From NCBI GenBank assembly GCA_043827025.1, contig JBDRPL010000019.1, positions 1 to 64,000 of the forward strand: a DNA stretch of 64,000 nucleotides, written 5' to 3'. Under the pieces are notes generated by a model. It did no database searches. It was not told the origin of the DNA and saw only the letters and a list, made by a program, of their open reading frames with translations. Source of the stretch: Candidatus Micrarchaeota archaeon (GTDB taxonomy: Archaea; Micrarchaeota; Micrarchaeia; Anstonellales; Bilamarchaeaceae). The position numbers and the translations under genes were made by a program. This document shows positions 27,357 through 38,618 of this stretch, piece by piece (within the stretch, counting starts at the first letter, position 1; each line of letters opens with the position of its first letter).

Positions 27357-29174
27357 ATGAAATCCGAAAAAACTGCAGTTTATATGAATGGAAAGCTCGT
27401 AGGATATCACTCAGACGGCAAGAATCTTGCAAAGAGATTGAGGGAAAAGAGAAGGACCAATGAACTCAATTATCTTGTCAATATCTATTATGATTCGAAG
27501 CTCAATGAGTTGCATATAATAAATGACAAGGGAAGAGTCAGAAGGCCTTACATCGTAGTCGAAGATAGCAAATCAAGACTTACCTCGGAAATACTCCAGA
27601 AAGTTAAGAGCAATCATCTTAATTGGAACCATCTTATAAAGATGGGTGTAATTGAATATCTTGATGCGCAGGAAGAGGAGAATTCTCTGATCGCATTGGA
27701 TGTAAATGAAATAACCAAGGACCATACCCATCTCGAAGTAGATTCTGCAACCATATTCGGTGTTGTCGCATCCATATTGCCATATCCAGAACATAATTCT
27801 TCTCCGAGAATTACAATGGCTTGCGCAATGGCCAAACAATCGTTGGGGATGTATGCAACTAATTTCAACATAAGGTATGATACAAGAGGTTATGTCATGT
27901 ATTATCCCCAGCAGCCGCTTGTGCAGACTGACCTTTACAAGGCATTGAAAATGAAGAAAAAGTGCGCCGGGCAGAATTGCGTAGTTGCACTTACAAGCTA
28001 TCGTGGATATAACATGGCTGATGCGATTATAGTTAATAAGAATGCAGTTGAACGAGGGCTTGGAAGAATAGCAATGTTCAAGACTTATGAGACTGAGGAG
28101 CGTTCGTATCCTGGAGGCCAGAGGGATAAAATCTGTGTCCCGACTCCGGAAGTCATTGGATACAGGGGAGAAGAACCCTACAAATCAATTGGAGAGGATG
28201 GAATTGTTTTCCCAGAAAGCGAAGTAAAAGAAAAATGCGTTCTTGTTGGAAAAGTATCACCTCCAAGATTCCTTGAAGAAATCTCTGTTTTTGGTACAGT
28301 TGAAGAAAAACACAGAGAGAGCTCGCTTGCATTGAAAGCAGGAGACAAAGGAAAGATTGATTCAGTGCTTGTTACAGAAGGCCCAAGCGGAAACAGGCTG
28401 GTGAAGGTGAGATTGAGGGCGATAAAGATTCCAGAAGTGGGTGACAAGATCGCTTCACGTCACGGTCAGAAGGGAGTTATCGGTCTTGTAGTTCCACAGG
28501 AAGACATGCCTTTCACGGCAAGCGGGGTAGTTCCTGATTTGATAGTTAATCCTCACGCAATACCAAGTAGAATGACTGCAGGCCACCTTCTTGAAACGAT
28601 GGGTGGAAAGGCAGGCTCGCTTGCAGGAATGCTCATGAACGGAACTGCGTTCAGCGGAAATACTGAAGAGGAATATAGGAAGATTCTTTTGGACAATGGA
28701 TTCGATGAGTATGGGGAAGAAGTACTATATGACGGCTATACTGGACAAATGCTTACAGTGAAGGTTTTCATAGGCGTGATTTATTATCAGAGATTGCATC
28801 ACTTGGTTTCGAACAAGACTCACGTAAGGTCAAGAGGCCCTGTACAGTTATTGACCCATCAGCCTACTGAAGGTAGGGCAAGAGAGGGGGGTCTCAGATT
28901 CGGAGAGATGGAACGTGATTGTTTGCTTGGTTATGGTGCAAGCATGGTCGTAAAAGAAAGGCTGCTCGAAGAGAGCGACAAAACTGTTCAACTGGTATGT
29001 GCGGAGTGCGGTGCAATTGCCACTCATGACTACGCAAGGAACAAGGACGTATGCCCGGTGTGCGATTCGGAGAATATCCACCAGGTGGAAATGAGCTATG
29101 CTTTCAAGCTATTGCTTGACGAGATTAGATCTCTGTATGTGTTCCCGAGACTGCTTCTCGCAGATAAGGGATGA
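27357..29174 (+). CDS. rpoB1: RNA polymerase subunit B' (Rpo2C)
   Basis: GDKIASRHGQKG, NPHAIPSRMT, GGLRFGEMERD. Confidence 0.97.
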   Translation: MKSEKTAVYMNGKLVGYHSDGKNLAKRLREKRRTNELNYLVNIYYDSKLNELHIINDKGRVRRPYIVVEDSKSRLTSEILQKVKSNHLNWNHLIKMGVIEYLDAQEEENSLIALDVNEITKDHTHLEVDSATIFGVVASILPYPEHNSSPRITMACAMAKQSLGMYATNFNIRYDTRGYVMYYPQQPLVQTDLYKALKMKKKCAGQNCVVALTSYRGYNMADAIIVNKNAVERGLGRIAMFKTYETEERSYPGGQRDKICVPTPEVIGYRGEEPYKSIGEDGIVFPESEVKEKCVLVGKVSPPRFLEEISVFGTVEEKHRESSLALKAGDKGKIDSVLVTEGPSGNRLVKVRLRAIKIPEVGDKIASRHGQKGVIGLVVPQEDMPFTASGVVPDLIVNPHAIPSRMTAGHLLETMGGKAGSLAGMLMNGTAFSGNTEEEYRKILLDNGFDEYGEEVLYDGYTGQMLTVKVFIGVIYYQRLHHLVSNKTHVRSRGPVQLLTHQPTEGRAREGGLRFGEMERDCLLGYGASMVVKERLLEESDKTVQLVCAECGAIATHDYARNKDVCPVCDSENIHQVEMSYAFKLLLDEIRSLYVFPRLLLADKG

Positions 29175-31729
29175 AAAAAAGGATGATTTGCATGATTGGT
29201 GAAAAAACTTTTGTATCGAAAATCATAGAGAAAATAAAATTCTCTTTGTTTTCTCCGGAAATGATCAGGAAGATGTCTGCATCGAAGATACTCGTGCCTG
29301 ACACTTACGATGATGACGGTTATCCAATAGATGGCGGGCTTGTCGACACCAAATTGGGTGTTGTTGACCCTGGCCTTAGGTGCAAGACCTGCGGTGGACG
29401 AGTAAGAGAATGTCCTGGGCATTTCGGCCACATAGATATGGTCAGGCCGGTCATCCATGTAGAATTTGCAAAACACATACTTTATACTCTGAAATCCTCA
29501 TGCCTATCTTGCCACAAATTGGTTCTCAAACCAAAGCTTGAGAGTGTGGTTTCTGATGAAACTGCTGATGATGGAACAGTTAGCAAGAAAAAGAGCAAGA
29601 TAAAGAAATGTGCAAACTGCGGTTTCGAGTTGCCTGAATTCAAGTTGCTTAAGCCAACTACTATTTACAAGGACAAGACTGTTTTGCTTGCAACTGAGAT
29701 AAGGGATCAGCTCGCTGCATTGAGCGATGATGACATAAGGGAATTAGGGTTTGATCCCATCTATTCCAGGCCTGAGTGGATGGTTCTTACAACATTACCT
29801 GTCCCTCCTGTGAATGTCAGGCCTTCCATTACATTGGAAACAGGAGAAAGAAGCGAAGATGATCTTACTCACAAGCTTGTGGATATTATCCGTATCAACC
29901 AAAAGCTTGAGTCGAACATAAACGCAGGCGCCCCCCAGTTGATTGTCGAGGATCTCTGGGAACTGTTGCAATACCATGTAACTACTTATTTCAATAATGA
30001 GACTGCGAACATTCCTCCAGCAAGGCACAGAAGCGGAAGGCCGCTCAAGACCTTGGCGCAGAGATTGAAGGGAAAGGAAGGAAGATTCAGATATAACTTG
30101 AGTGGAAAGCGTGTCAATTTCTCTGCACGTACAGTCATTTCCCCTGACCCGTATCTTTCATTGAACGAAGTCGGAATTCCATTCGAAGTGGCAGCTGAAC
30201 TTACAGTTCCTATTACAGTGACTGAATGGAACATAGAGGAATGCAAAAAATACATACTGGCAGAGAAATTCCCGAAAGCTGTCTATCTCATCAGAAACGA
30301 CGGAAAGAGGGTGAAGGTAGGAGACTCTCCAGAAATGAAAAAAGAAATCTGTGAAAACCTTAAGGTAGGCTGGGTAATGGAAAGACAGCTTAATGATGGT
30401 GATATTGCAATATTCAACAGGCAGCCTTCTCTTCATAGAGTATCTATGATGGCTCATGAGGTCAGAGTATTGCCAGGCAGTACCTTCAGGATAAATCCTA
30501 TTGTTACTTCCCCTTACAATGCAGACTTTGATGGAGATGAAATGAACCTCCACATTATCCAAACTCCTGAATCGCAGGCTGAAGCAAGATGTCTTATGAG
30601 AGTAGAAGATCAAATACTTTCCCCAAGGCATGGCCATGCAATTATAAAGCCGCAGGAAGACCATGTGTCAGCAGTATATTTCCTTACCAAAAATGGCAGG
30701 GCTTTTGATAAGGTCGAGGCTTCCAATCTTCTTTACTCAGTTGGAATAACCGAGCTTCCTAAGGCTGATGACAAGAAAGGAACATATTCTGGAAAACTTT
30801 TGTTTTCACAGCTTCTTCCTGAAAAACTTGATCTCAAGGCAGATTCAAAAGTCGGAGGGGAAGTGGTCATAAAGAAAGGCGAACTCCTGAAAGGAGAGCT
30901 CAGCGGGAATATTGTGGAAAATGAAATTCTTGAAAGAATCTTCATGCTATGTGGCTCGGCTGCAGCAGGTCGTTTCCTAGATCAGATGACAAGGTTGTCA
31001 CTTGACAGCCTTGCAACACACGGGCTCAGCGTTTCATTGAAGGATTACACTCTTTCTCCAAAAGCAGAAGAGAAATTGAATAAGCTTGACGATAAGATGA
31101 GCAGGGAAATTGACAACCTGATAATGCAATACAAGAACAAGACACTTGACAGGTCCCCAGGCCTATCTCTCAAGGAAACACTTGAGGGTATGATTGTCCA
31201 GGTCACCTCAATTGCAAGAATGGATGTGGGCAAGCTTGTAGAAGAGGATTTGACAATGTCCAACCCATCTATTGTGATGTCTAAAATCGGTGCAAGAGGA
31301 AGCCTGCTTAATGCAATTCAGATGTCTGCAAGTGTTGGACAGCAAACAGTAAGAAGCAAGAGGCCGAAAAGAGGGTATAGAGGGAGAACTCTTCCATATT
31401 TTAGGCCAGGTGTGCTCGCAGCAAAGCAAAGGGGTTATGTATTTGCCTCTTTTAGGAAGGGCCTTACACCTTTTGAATTTATACATCATGCAATGGGTGG
31501 AAGAGAGGCGTTGGTTAACACAGCCATTAGAACTGCTAGAAGCGGTTACATGCAGAGACGGCTCATCAATGCATTGCAGGACCTCGTGGTTTATCCTGAT
31601 TTCACAGTTAGGAATGCGGACATGAGTATTGTCCAGTTCATTTACGGTGGAGATGGAAAGGATCCGATGTATGCCTCAAAGGCAGAAGTGTCAGATTCTC
31701 CAAAAGGAGATGATATTGATACTGCATAA
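29171..31729 (+). CDS. rpoA1: RNA polymerase subunit A' (Rpo1N)
   Basis: [30 protein letters not shown]. Confidence 0.98.
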   Translation: MKKRMICMIGEKTFVSKIIEKIKFSLFSPEMIRKMSASKILVPDTYDDDGYPIDGGLVDTKLGVVDPGLRCKTCGGRVRECPGHFGHIDMVRPVIHVEFAKHILYTLKSSCLSCHKLVLKPKLESVVSDETADDGTVSKKKSKIKKCANCGFELPEFKLLKPTTIYKDKTVLLATEIRDQLAALSDDDIRELGFDPIYSRPEWMVLTTLPVPPVNVRPSITLETGERSEDDLTHKLVDIIRINQKLESNINAGAPQLIVEDLWELLQYHVTTYFNNETANIPPARHRSGRPLKTLAQRLKGKEGRFRYNLSGKRVNFSARTVISPDPYLSLNEVGIPFEVAAELTVPITVTEWNIEECKKYILAEKFPKAVYLIRNDGKRVKVGDSPEMKKEICENLKVGWVMERQLNDGDIAIFNRQPSLHRVSMMAHEVRVLPGSTFRINPIVTSPYNADFDGDEMNLHIIQTPESQAEARCLMRVEDQILSPRHGHAIIKPQEDHVSAVYFLTKNGRAFDKVEASNLLYSVGITELPKADDKKGTYSGKLLFSQLLPEKLDLKADSKVGGEVVIKKGELLKGELSGNIVENEILERIFMLCGSAAAGRFLDQMTRLSLDSLATHGLSVSLKDYTLSPKAEEKLNKLDDKMSREIDNLIMQYKNKTLDRSPGLSLKETLEGMIVQVTSIARMDVGKLVEEDLTMSNPSIVMSKIGARGSLLNAIQMSASVGQQTVRSKRPKRGYRGRTLPYFRPGVLAAKQRGYVFASFRKGLTPFEFIHHAMGGREALVNTAIRTARSGYMQRRLINALQDLVVYPDFTVRNADMSIVQFIYGGDGKDPMYASKAEVSDSPKGDDIDTA

Positions 31730-31739
31730 TGTGATTTTT

Positions 31740-32816
31740 ATGAAAAACCCTACAAACAAATCAGCGAAAATCGCACCATATGAAGCAGTCGGAGTGGTAT
31801 GCGCCCAGAGCATCGGGGAGCCAGGTACGCAGATGACTATGCGTACGTTCCACTATGCAGGAGTTGCAGAGCATGTGCCTACTGGCCTTCCAAGGTTGAT
31901 AGAGATAGTTGATTCCAAGAAGGAGCCAAAGAAACCTATTATAGATATTTATCTCAAGAAGTCCTTTGCAAAGAGCCAGTCAAAGGCGCAGGAGCTTGCA
32001 AGTGATGTGAGTGCAGTGCATGTTTCAGATGTAGCTGAGGTGGAAGACGATCTTATTGCGAAAAAAATCGTAATATCCTATAGGGAAAAAGATGGCAAGC
32101 AGCTTGGCGTGACATTTACAACTCTCAAGAACGCGCTTTCAGAGGTTTCTGAAAACATAAAAGTCGGCGACAATAAGATAATCATGAAAATACCTAAAAA
32201 GGCCGAGACTTCAAAAGACAAGTCAAAGGATGGAAAAACTTCTCCGCAACCTGATGATGAGCTAGGTACAGGGACTGCACGTGCAGTAAGAAAGCTTGCA
32301 AATAAAATACAAGGCACTATTGTAAAAGGCATCAAAGGTATCCAAAGGGCAGTTGTTCTTAAGAGCAGTGATGAATATTTCGTAAGGGCAGCAGGCTTCA
32401 ACATTGTGGATGTAATGTCTCATCCCATGGTTGATGCTTCAAGAATATATACTAATAACATAAAAGAAATCGAAAGGGTATTTGGAATAGAGGCTGCAAG
32501 GAAAGCAATCATCAAGGAAACAAAAGATGTGCTGGATATGCAGAAGCTTTTCGTAGACATTAGGCATATAATGCTTGTTGCAGATGCGATGTGCTATTGC
32601 GGTGAAATTAAATCTATTGGAAGGCATGGACTAAGTGGAGAGAAAGTTGGTGTTCTTGGAAGAGCTGCTTTCGAGGAAACAATAAAGCACCTGGTGAATG
32701 CAAGCGCATTTGCTGAAGACGAAAACCTTATAGGCGTTACGGAGAACATTATAGTTGGTCAAACAGTGCCAGTTGGTACTGGGAAAATTAAGCTTTTAAT
32801 TAAACCAAAGAAATGA
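31740..32816 (+). CDS. rpoA2: RNA polymerase subunit A'' (Rpo1C)
   Basis: [40 protein letters not shown]; start at ATG 31740. Confidence 0.97.
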   Translation: MKNPTNKSAKIAPYEAVGVVCAQSIGEPGTQMTMRTFHYAGVAEHVPTGLPRLIEIVDSKKEPKKPIIDIYLKKSFAKSQSKAQELASDVSAVHVSDVAEVEDDLIAKKIVISYREKDGKQLGVTFTTLKNALSEVSENIKVGDNKIIMKIPKKAETSKDKSKDGKTSPQPDDELGTGTARAVRKLANKIQGTIVKGIKGIQRAVVLKSSDEYFVRAAGFNIVDVMSHPMVDASRIYTNNIKEIERVFGIEAARKAIIKETKDVLDMQKLFVDIRHIMLVADAMCYCGEIKSIGRHGLSGEKVGVLGRAAFEETIKHLVNASAFAEDENLIGVTENIIVGQTVPVGTGKIKLLIKPKK

Positions 32817-32854
32817 AAATCAAAGAATATGGAGTATTTTAATGAGGTAATCAC

Positions 32855-33298
32855 ATGTCAAAGAAAAACGATGAAGATGCAAATGAAGGCAAACAAGTCG
32901 AAGAGACTGAAACCGAAGATGTGGCTGTAGAAGAAGCAAAGGTTGAAGAAAAAGTCAAGAGAAAAAAGGTCATAAGAAGGAAATCCAAGAAAGAGAAGGA
33001 AAATCCTATCAATGCAATGATTAGGCTTACTGTTGAAAGCGGAAAGGTGGACTTCGGTTCAAGAAGCTCTGTCAAGAGCAATTCCAAGAACGCGAAACTA
33101 TTCGTTGTCGCAAAGAATACTCCAAAGCAGATACTTGCAAAACTCAAGACTGCAAACGTATCTAATGTGCCTGTTTTCACTTTTGAGGGCAGCACTGTAG
33201 AACTTGGTTCCATTTGTGGAAAGCCGTATCCTGTTTCTGTGATGTCTGTTTATGACTTCGGAAACGCGGATGTCAAGAGCTTTTTGAAAAAAGACTGA
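32855..33298 (+). CDS. rpl30e: 50S ribosomal protein L30e with charged N-terminal extension
   Basis: SGKVDFG...FEGSTVELGSICGKPY. Confidence 0.92.
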   Translation: MSKKNDEDANEGKQVEETETEDVAVEEAKVEEKVKRKKVIRRKSKKEKENPINAMIRLTVESGKVDFGSRSSVKSNSKNAKLFVVAKNTPKQILAKLKTANVSNVPVFTFEGSTVELGSICGKPYPVSVMSVYDFGNADVKSFLKKD

Positions 33299-33302
33299 TT
33301 AG

Positions 33303-33740
33303 ATGGAACTGACCGGCGAAGATCTCAATTTTTTTTCAGAATTCGAGAGAACAACAGGTGTGATGCCAAAGGATTATTACACTTCACAGGAACTCCTGGT
33401 GTTTCTTGTTGACATGGTCAGCCTTGGTAAGGCCATAGGCAAGAAAGGAATCAACATCCAGAGGCTTAGGGCAGCATTCAGGAAGAATGTTGTCATAGTC
33501 GGGGATTCGCCTGATATTGAAATATTCCTTCGAAGTATGTTCAATAATGTCGAAGTCATCTCAATCGAACAGATGGACATCATGAATGAGAAGAATATTG
33601 TTCTCACTATTGATGAAAAAGACAGGGGCATTGCAATTGGAAAGAACGGAGACCGGATAAAGTCAGCGAAGGAGTTTCTGTCAAGGAAGTTCAAGGCAAA
33701 GCTGATGCTCAAGACGAAGAGAAGGTTGGAGAGCATATAA
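33303..33740 (+). CDS. nusA: Archaeal NusA (two KH domains)
   Basis: AIGKKGINI and AIGKNGDRI; operon position. Confidence 0.93.
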   Translation: MELTGEDLNFFSEFERTTGVMPKDYYTSQELLVFLVDMVSLGKAIGKKGINIQRLRAAFRKNVVIVGDSPDIEIFLRSMFNNVEVISIEQMDIMNEKNIVLTIDEKDRGIAIGKNGDRIKSAKEFLSRKFKAKLMLKTKRRLESI

Positions 33741-33834
33741 TTATTTTCTTTTGTTTAGCCTAGCAGTTGATTCTTTGCATATTTTAATATAATCACCAAT
33801 AGTTTTAAAAGATGTATCTATGTGACTATCTCTT

Positions 33835-34833
33835 ATGCATAAGCAACTTAGAGTCACTAGTGGTACTAGAACCCTGAAAAACGGGAAGATACGTTTCGAG
33901 AATTGCCATATTCTACAGGATAGCACAACCCATGTCACATGTGTGAGGCTTGGGCTTGACCGTACAAAACCAGCCTCATTCTCCCTTAGTTCTGATAGGG
34001 TTGAAATCGCGGCACATATAAGGAAAAAAGGAGATCCTGCCAAAACAGAATGCCAGGATTCTGCAATTGTAATCATAACTCCAAAGAATGTGGTTGCAGG
34101 GGTTTTCGATGGGTTTGGGCCTGCAGGAACATTTCTTTCAGAGAATGCTGCAAGCATTGCAACGAGGTTGCTGCGCACGGATAAGGTCAGGTGTGATCCT
34201 TTGTTGGATGTTGCTCAAGAATTAAGCGATTTGGGCCTTTATGCCTCAGGAAATTTGAACAGAGAAGGAGGTACAACTGCGGTTCTGGCAAGCGTTTCAG
34301 ATAAAGACGGAGGATTTTGCGTTAATGGTGCTGGGGATTCTGCAATATATCGTCAGAGACTGCCTAATCAGATCTCTCGGCTTTTGAATTATTTTTTTGA
34401 CAATAGGGGCGATAGAATTGATGAGATGATAATTCAAGAATATCTTTCCAGAAGGCATTTTGTTTCTTCAATAGGCACTTTAAGTTTTCAACCTCCTATT
34501 GCGGGGAGATATGAGTGTTCTGGTGGAATGCTTGATGCAGGCGAAGTCCTGCTTCTTGCAAGCGATGGACTCACTAAGAATTTGACAGTTAGGTTCAACC
34601 CTGAAACTCAGAAAGTGATCGATGTTAGCGGGTGTAGAAGCCTTCAACATATTCTCAATGGTATGCGCGAACCATCTGCGATGGTAGAAGCAATTCTCAG
34701 AGCAATAAATAGGAGGGTTAATCGTTTGGAAAGACGTGTTCATCTATGCAATAAAAGCACAGTTCTTTGGCCTCAGGACGATGATGTTGCATTGATTGCA
34801 ATGAAATTCCATAAATTTCAGGAAACCTTTTGA
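33835..34833 (+). CDS. PP2C/PPM-family protein phosphatase (orphan)
   Basis: CQDS, GVFDGFG, GGTTA, AGDS, LLASDGL, DDVALI. Confidence 0.85.
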   Translation: MHKQLRVTSGTRTLKNGKIRFENCHILQDSTTHVTCVRLGLDRTKPASFSLSSDRVEIAAHIRKKGDPAKTECQDSAIVIITPKNVVAGVFDGFGPAGTFLSENAASIATRLLRTDKVRCDPLLDVAQELSDLGLYASGNLNREGGTTAVLASVSDKDGGFCVNGAGDSAIYRQRLPNQISRLLNYFFDNRGDRIDEMIIQEYLSRRHFVSSIGTLSFQPPIAGRYECSGGMLDAGEVLLLASDGLTKNLTVRFNPETQKVIDVSGCRSLQHILNGMREPSAMVEAILRAINRRVNRLERRVHLCNKSTVLWPQDDDVALIAMKFHKFQETF

Positions 34834-34842
34834 ATCTGCTAA

Positions 34843-36081
34843 TTAAGACAAATGCCTTGTCTCGTCTCTTTTTGGCCCATATGAAAGAACAGTTATCTTC
34901 ACTCCAGTTTCTTTTTCTATGAACTCCAAGTATTCTTTTGCAAGTTTGGGAACTTCCTTCTTCCAGTCTGGCTTGCCCCAGCCTTTGAATGTTTTGTAAA
35001 TAGGTTTTGCTTTTGCTAAATCAACTGGCAAGTCCTTTGTTTTCTTACCATTTACTTCGTATTCTGTGCAAACTTTAATTTCATCAAAACCATCAAGTAC
35101 ATCCATCTTTGTTACTACCAATTCAGTTAATCCATTTATCCTGCAGGCATATCTCACAACCACTAAATCTAACCATCCGCATCTTCTTGGCCTTCCTGTT
35201 GTTGTGCCGAATTCATTGCCATTCTTTCTCAGCATTTCGCCATCCTTGTCATTTAATTCAGTTGGGAAAGGCCCTTCTCCGACCCTGGTAGTATATGCTT
35301 TCACAATTCCAATTACTTTGGTCAGCTTGTTTGGCGGAATTCCAGAGCCAGTGCATGCCGAACCGCTTACTATATTTGATGAGGTGACAAAAGGATAGGT
35401 TCCATGATCCATATCAAGCATTGTTCCCTGCGCGCCTTCCAGCATCACGCTCTTGTGCCTTTCAATGGCATCATTCAATAAAACCTGCGTATCGCAAACA
35501 TAGGGTTTGATTCGTTTTGCAAACGTCTCGAGTTTGTCATAGATTTTGTCAGCATCCAATTCGACTTTTTGTCCATACGAGTTAAGTATCTGTTTCTTTA
35601 TCTTCACAATAAAATTGACCTTTTCTTTCAATCCATCATATAAATCGTAAATTCGTATTGCAGTTACTCTTGTTGCCTTGTCAGCATAGGTCGGCCCTAT
35701 TCCTCTTTTTGTCGTTCCAATCTTTCCAGCAGCCTCTATGCCATCAAGCATTAGGTGCCAATCAAGAATAATGTGCGCCCTTTCGCTTATTCTGAGCTTC
35801 TCAAGTGAATATCCTGCCTTTTCAACCTCATCTATTTCTTTAAGCAGTGTTTCTGGATGAATAACAACTCCGTTTCCAATGACCTTGTATTTCTCAGGAT
35901 AAAAAACAGCTGAAGGAATGAGATGAAGGCCGAATTTCGCTTCGCCAACCTTTATAGTATGGCCGGCATTGTTGCCCCCGTTGAACCTGACAATGTAATC
36001 ATAATCTCTTGCGAACATATCGATTATTTTGCCCTTTCCTTCGTCTCCCCATTGTGTGCCGATGATAACTGAAACAGACAT
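34843..36081 (-). CDS. purA: Adenylosuccinate synthetase
   Basis: QWGDEGKGK, GGNNAGHT, GTYPFVTSS, EFGTTTGRPRRCGWLD. Confidence 0.98.
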   Translation of the reverse strand: MSVSVIIGTQWGDEGKGKIIDMFARDYDYIVRFNGGNNAGHTIKVGEAKFGLHLIPSAVFYPEKYKVIGNGVVIHPETLLKEIDEVEKAGYSLEKLRISERAHIILDWHLMLDGIEAAGKIGTTKRGIGPTYADKATRVTAIRIYDLYDGLKEKVNFIVKIKKQILNSYGQKVELDADKIYDKLETFAKRIKPYVCDTQVLLNDAIERHKSVMLEGAQGTMLDMDHGTYPFVTSSNIVSGSACTGSGIPPNKLTKVIGIVKAYTTRVGEGPFPTELNDKDGEMLRKNGNEFGTTTGRPRRCGWLDLVVVRYACRINGLTELVVTKMDVLDGFDEIKVCTEYEVNGKKTKDLPVDLAKAKPIYKTFKGWGKPDWKKEVPKLAKEYLEFIEKETGVKITVLSYGPKRDETRHLS

Positions 36082-36163
36082 GCTTTTGTATTAATTAGTT
36101 TCATTTTAAAATACTTGATGGAATTCGATTCCATCAATTCTGCCGGAAGTTCTCTGCTTGACG

Positions 36164-36853
36164 CTATTGCGGAACAATTTCCCTGAAAAATCCGCCAGAT
36201 ATTAATACGGATTCCCGGATAGGGATTATGTCTTTGCCCATTACTCTTGCGATTGCAATATACTTCCATCCAGGAACTTCCTCCCGGATCTTCAGGAAGT
36301 ATTGCAGAACAAAATCAACCATTGGGACAACAATGTTTCCTTTTCCATCGCAAATATCATCCAATTCTATGTAAGGTATTGCGGCATAGCTGATTTCTCT
36401 TATGGCAGTGCATTTTTGACTCAGCATTAGATACTCCAACCTAATTCCTTTTCTTAGATTTTCTGTCATTCCTGCTAATGGGAATACCCTACAGTTATGA
36501 GGCTTGACTTCATGAACAAGACACGCTCTTTCTGAAAGCAGATAGCAGTCCCCATTGAAATTACTATACAATCCCACGTCTTGGCCTCCTTGTGATATTG
36601 TAATTGCAGTATTGATGCCTCTTCCATATGTTAATTCTCTTCCATGCATTTTTTCTCTGATTTTTCGGCCTTCGCCGTCTTTGAGAGGTACGAATGAGTT
36701 CCGTATCCCCCAATTTCTGCAGCATTCTCCGCATGAAGTGCACTGCTTTTTTGCGAAAACCTCCCCGATTTTTTCCCTGGCATTCGCTGGCCTTTTTGGC
36801 AATTTGTTTACAACTATTCTCTGCTTCGGAAGTCTTTCGATTAGCGATGTCAT
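36164..36853 (-). CDS. YkgJ-family Cys-cluster (CxxCxxCC) protein
   Basis: CTSCGECC...CYLL...CLVHEVKPHNCRVFP. Confidence 0.8.
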   Translation of the reverse strand: MTSLIERLPKQRIVVNKLPKRPANAREKIGEVFAKKQCTSCGECCRNWGIRNSFVPLKDGEGRKIREKMHGRELTYGRGINTAITISQGGQDVGLYSNFNGDCYLLSERACLVHEVKPHNCRVFPLAGMTENLRKGIRLEYLMLSQKCTAIREISYAAIPYIELDDICDGKGNIVVPMVDFVLQYFLKIREEVPGWKYIAIARVMGKDIIPIRESVLISGGFFREIVPQ

Positions 36854-36891
36854 TTCAGAACTATTGTGTATATAAATGTTTTTAAATGAGC

Positions 36892-37527
36892 TTATTTCTT
36901 AATTTCCTTTTTGTATTCCAGATAAGAGTAAACAATGATCCCTAGCGAAACCAGCAATATCGGCACTATGATTATCCAGATTGCGTATTGCTTAGGTGCA
37001 AATATCCCCAACAGGGCAATCACTCCGCAAATCCTGAACAGTTTTCCGCCAAGTGCGTGCGTCTTATTCCAGACATTTTCATTTGAAAGAGTCCATGGCG
37101 TCCTTATCCCTATGAACCAGTTCATCTTTGCCTTTTCCAAAAGCGTTCCTGTGTAATAGAATATTGCAGCTATGCCTATGCCCATCGGATAACTGACGGG
37201 TATATCATATCCCATATTCGAGACGATGATGAACGATTCCATCATCAGCATGAAAAGAAGCATGATGCTTATGAATGTGTCATACTCTTTTTCGAAACCC
37301 TTTGCGTTTTTGCGCATTGGGTCAAAGCCAGGCAAGTACTTCATAAGGGCATAAATCATCAGTGTGATCACAGGAAGCAAGAACAGTCCTAAGGGCTTGT
37401 CCATATGCCCGTTTGGATTTCCCTCGGCATCCCAATGGCTTATCACTTTGTCAGGAACCTGTCCGTAGAAATATATTGGTAATATGAACAACAGAAGAAT
37501 TACTGCTAATTGGATGTATCGCATCAT
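36892..37527 (-). CDS. SdpI-family immunity-like membrane protein
   Basis: SHWDAEGNPNG, NWFIGIRTPWTLSNENVWNKTH. Confidence 0.92.
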   Translation of the reverse strand: MMRYIQLAVILLLFILPIYFYGQVPDKVISHWDAEGNPNGHMDKPLGLFLLPVITLMIYALMKYLPGFDPMRKNAKGFEKEYDTFISIMLLFMLMMESFIIVSNMGYDIPVSYPMGIGIAAIFYYTGTLLEKAKMNWFIGIRTPWTLSNENVWNKTHALGGKLFRICGVIALLGIFAPKQYAIWIIIVPILLVSLGIIVYSYLEYKKEIKK

Positions 37528-37578
37528 GTATCATAAATAGAAAAAAGAATTAAAGAGGTTATGGGTTTTTGTTTTGAA

Positions 37579-38496
37579 TCAGATTCCAATCTCCTCTCCA
37601 GGAACCTTTGGAAACAACACCGCATCCCTTATGTGTGCCTTGCCTGTCAGATATCTAACGAGCCTTTCGACTCCGAATCCGCCACCTGCGGTTTTCTTGA
37701 GCAAACCTTTCTTTGCGATTTCAAGATATGGCCGGTAAGCATCAAGGCTTGTCTTTCTTTCCTTCATCTTTCTGACAATTACATCGTACTCTGTCTCTCG
37801 TTCAGCACCAGACATCGCCTCTCCGAAACCCTCAGGATAAACCAAATCATAGTTGATATGCTTCTTTGTTGTTGGATCTTCCCGATCGTAAAACTCACGA
37901 TAATGATCTGTTATCCAGAAAGGCTCCTTCTCCATTTTTGAAACATGTGATTCAAAATCATCCCCGTATTTCTGCTTTAGTTCAACTGAATCATATACTT
38001 TGAATGGTTTTTCCAAGTCAGGGATTATTCTTCCAAGCCTCTTCAGTTCTTCAGCGCATTTTTTCTTCACGAACTCGAATACGTATGCGTAAAGCCTTTC
38101 AGTGAACTTCCTGAACTCTTCTGAACTTGCGCCTCTGAGTTCAATATCTACCTGACTGAATTCAAGCAGATGCCTTCCGCTCTTTCCCCTTTCTTCTTTC
38201 TCAAGCCTGATGTTCGGAGAAATTATGTAGATTCCTTTGACATCAGACCTAATCATGGAAAGCTGTTTGTGCAATATCATGCTCTTCATCAACTCCAGCC
38301 TCTGGTCTCCATAATGAAGCGAGGCATCATAAACAGAGTGATTAAGGGGATCTGTGACTGTGGATAGCATCACAGGCATCAATTGCGTCATTTTCTCTTT
38401 CCACATGAAATCGCTGATGGCTCTCAGCACTGCTGTTTGTATTGACATGATGTCTTTCATTTCCGGTTTCATGAGTTTCTCTATTGTTTTTTCCAT
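37579..38496 (-). CDS. asnA: Archaeal-type asparagine synthetase A (AsnRS-like catalytic domain only)
   Basis: STVTDPL, SMILHKQ, SPNIRLE, RHLLEFSQVDIE, SGAERE, GGGFGVERL; no anticodon-binding domain. Confidence 0.9.
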   Translation of the reverse strand: MEKTIEKLMKPEMKDIMSIQTAVLRAISDFMWKEKMTQLMPVMLSTVTDPLNHSVYDASLHYGDQRLELMKSMILHKQLSMIRSDVKGIYIISPNIRLEKEERGKSGRHLLEFSQVDIELRGASSEEFRKFTERLYAYVFEFVKKKCAEELKRLGRIIPDLEKPFKVYDSVELKQKYGDDFESHVSKMEKEPFWITDHYREFYDREDPTTKKHINYDLVYPEGFGEAMSGAERETEYDVIVRKMKERKTSLDAYRPYLEIAKKGLLKKTAGGGFGVERLVRYLTGKAHIRDAVLFPKVPGEEIGI

Positions 38497-38546
38497 CTTT
38501 ACCAATCCTCTGTTTTATTCATTGCATTTGACGTGGTATAAATACA

Positions 38547-38616
38547 TTTTGCCAAAATTATGGCAAAAACTGCCAAAAATGCATTAATTTATAAAGAGTT
38601 TGGAACATATGTTCCA
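38547..38616. promoter_or_regulatory. Divergent asnA/Lrp promoter region with two palindromic operator candidates
   Basis: TTTTGCCA-N6-TGGCAAAA (38547-38568); perfect TGGAACATATGTTCCA (38601-38616); TATA boxes at 38537-38544 (-) and 38588-38595 (+). Confidence 0.65.
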
Positions 38617-38618
38617 TA

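Noticed and set aside
31629..31739. Longer upstream starts in the ORF track (rpoA2 31629; likewise 3532, 4367, 11780, 12756, 12952, 39412)
   Set aside because: The extensions overlap neighbouring genes or promoters and are non-homologous; downstream ATGs fit the family N-termini.
38601..38616. GAAC-N4-GTTC as a LexA/DinR SOS box
   Set aside because: The context is archaeal with no lexA seen; the position fits an operator for the Lrp gene better.
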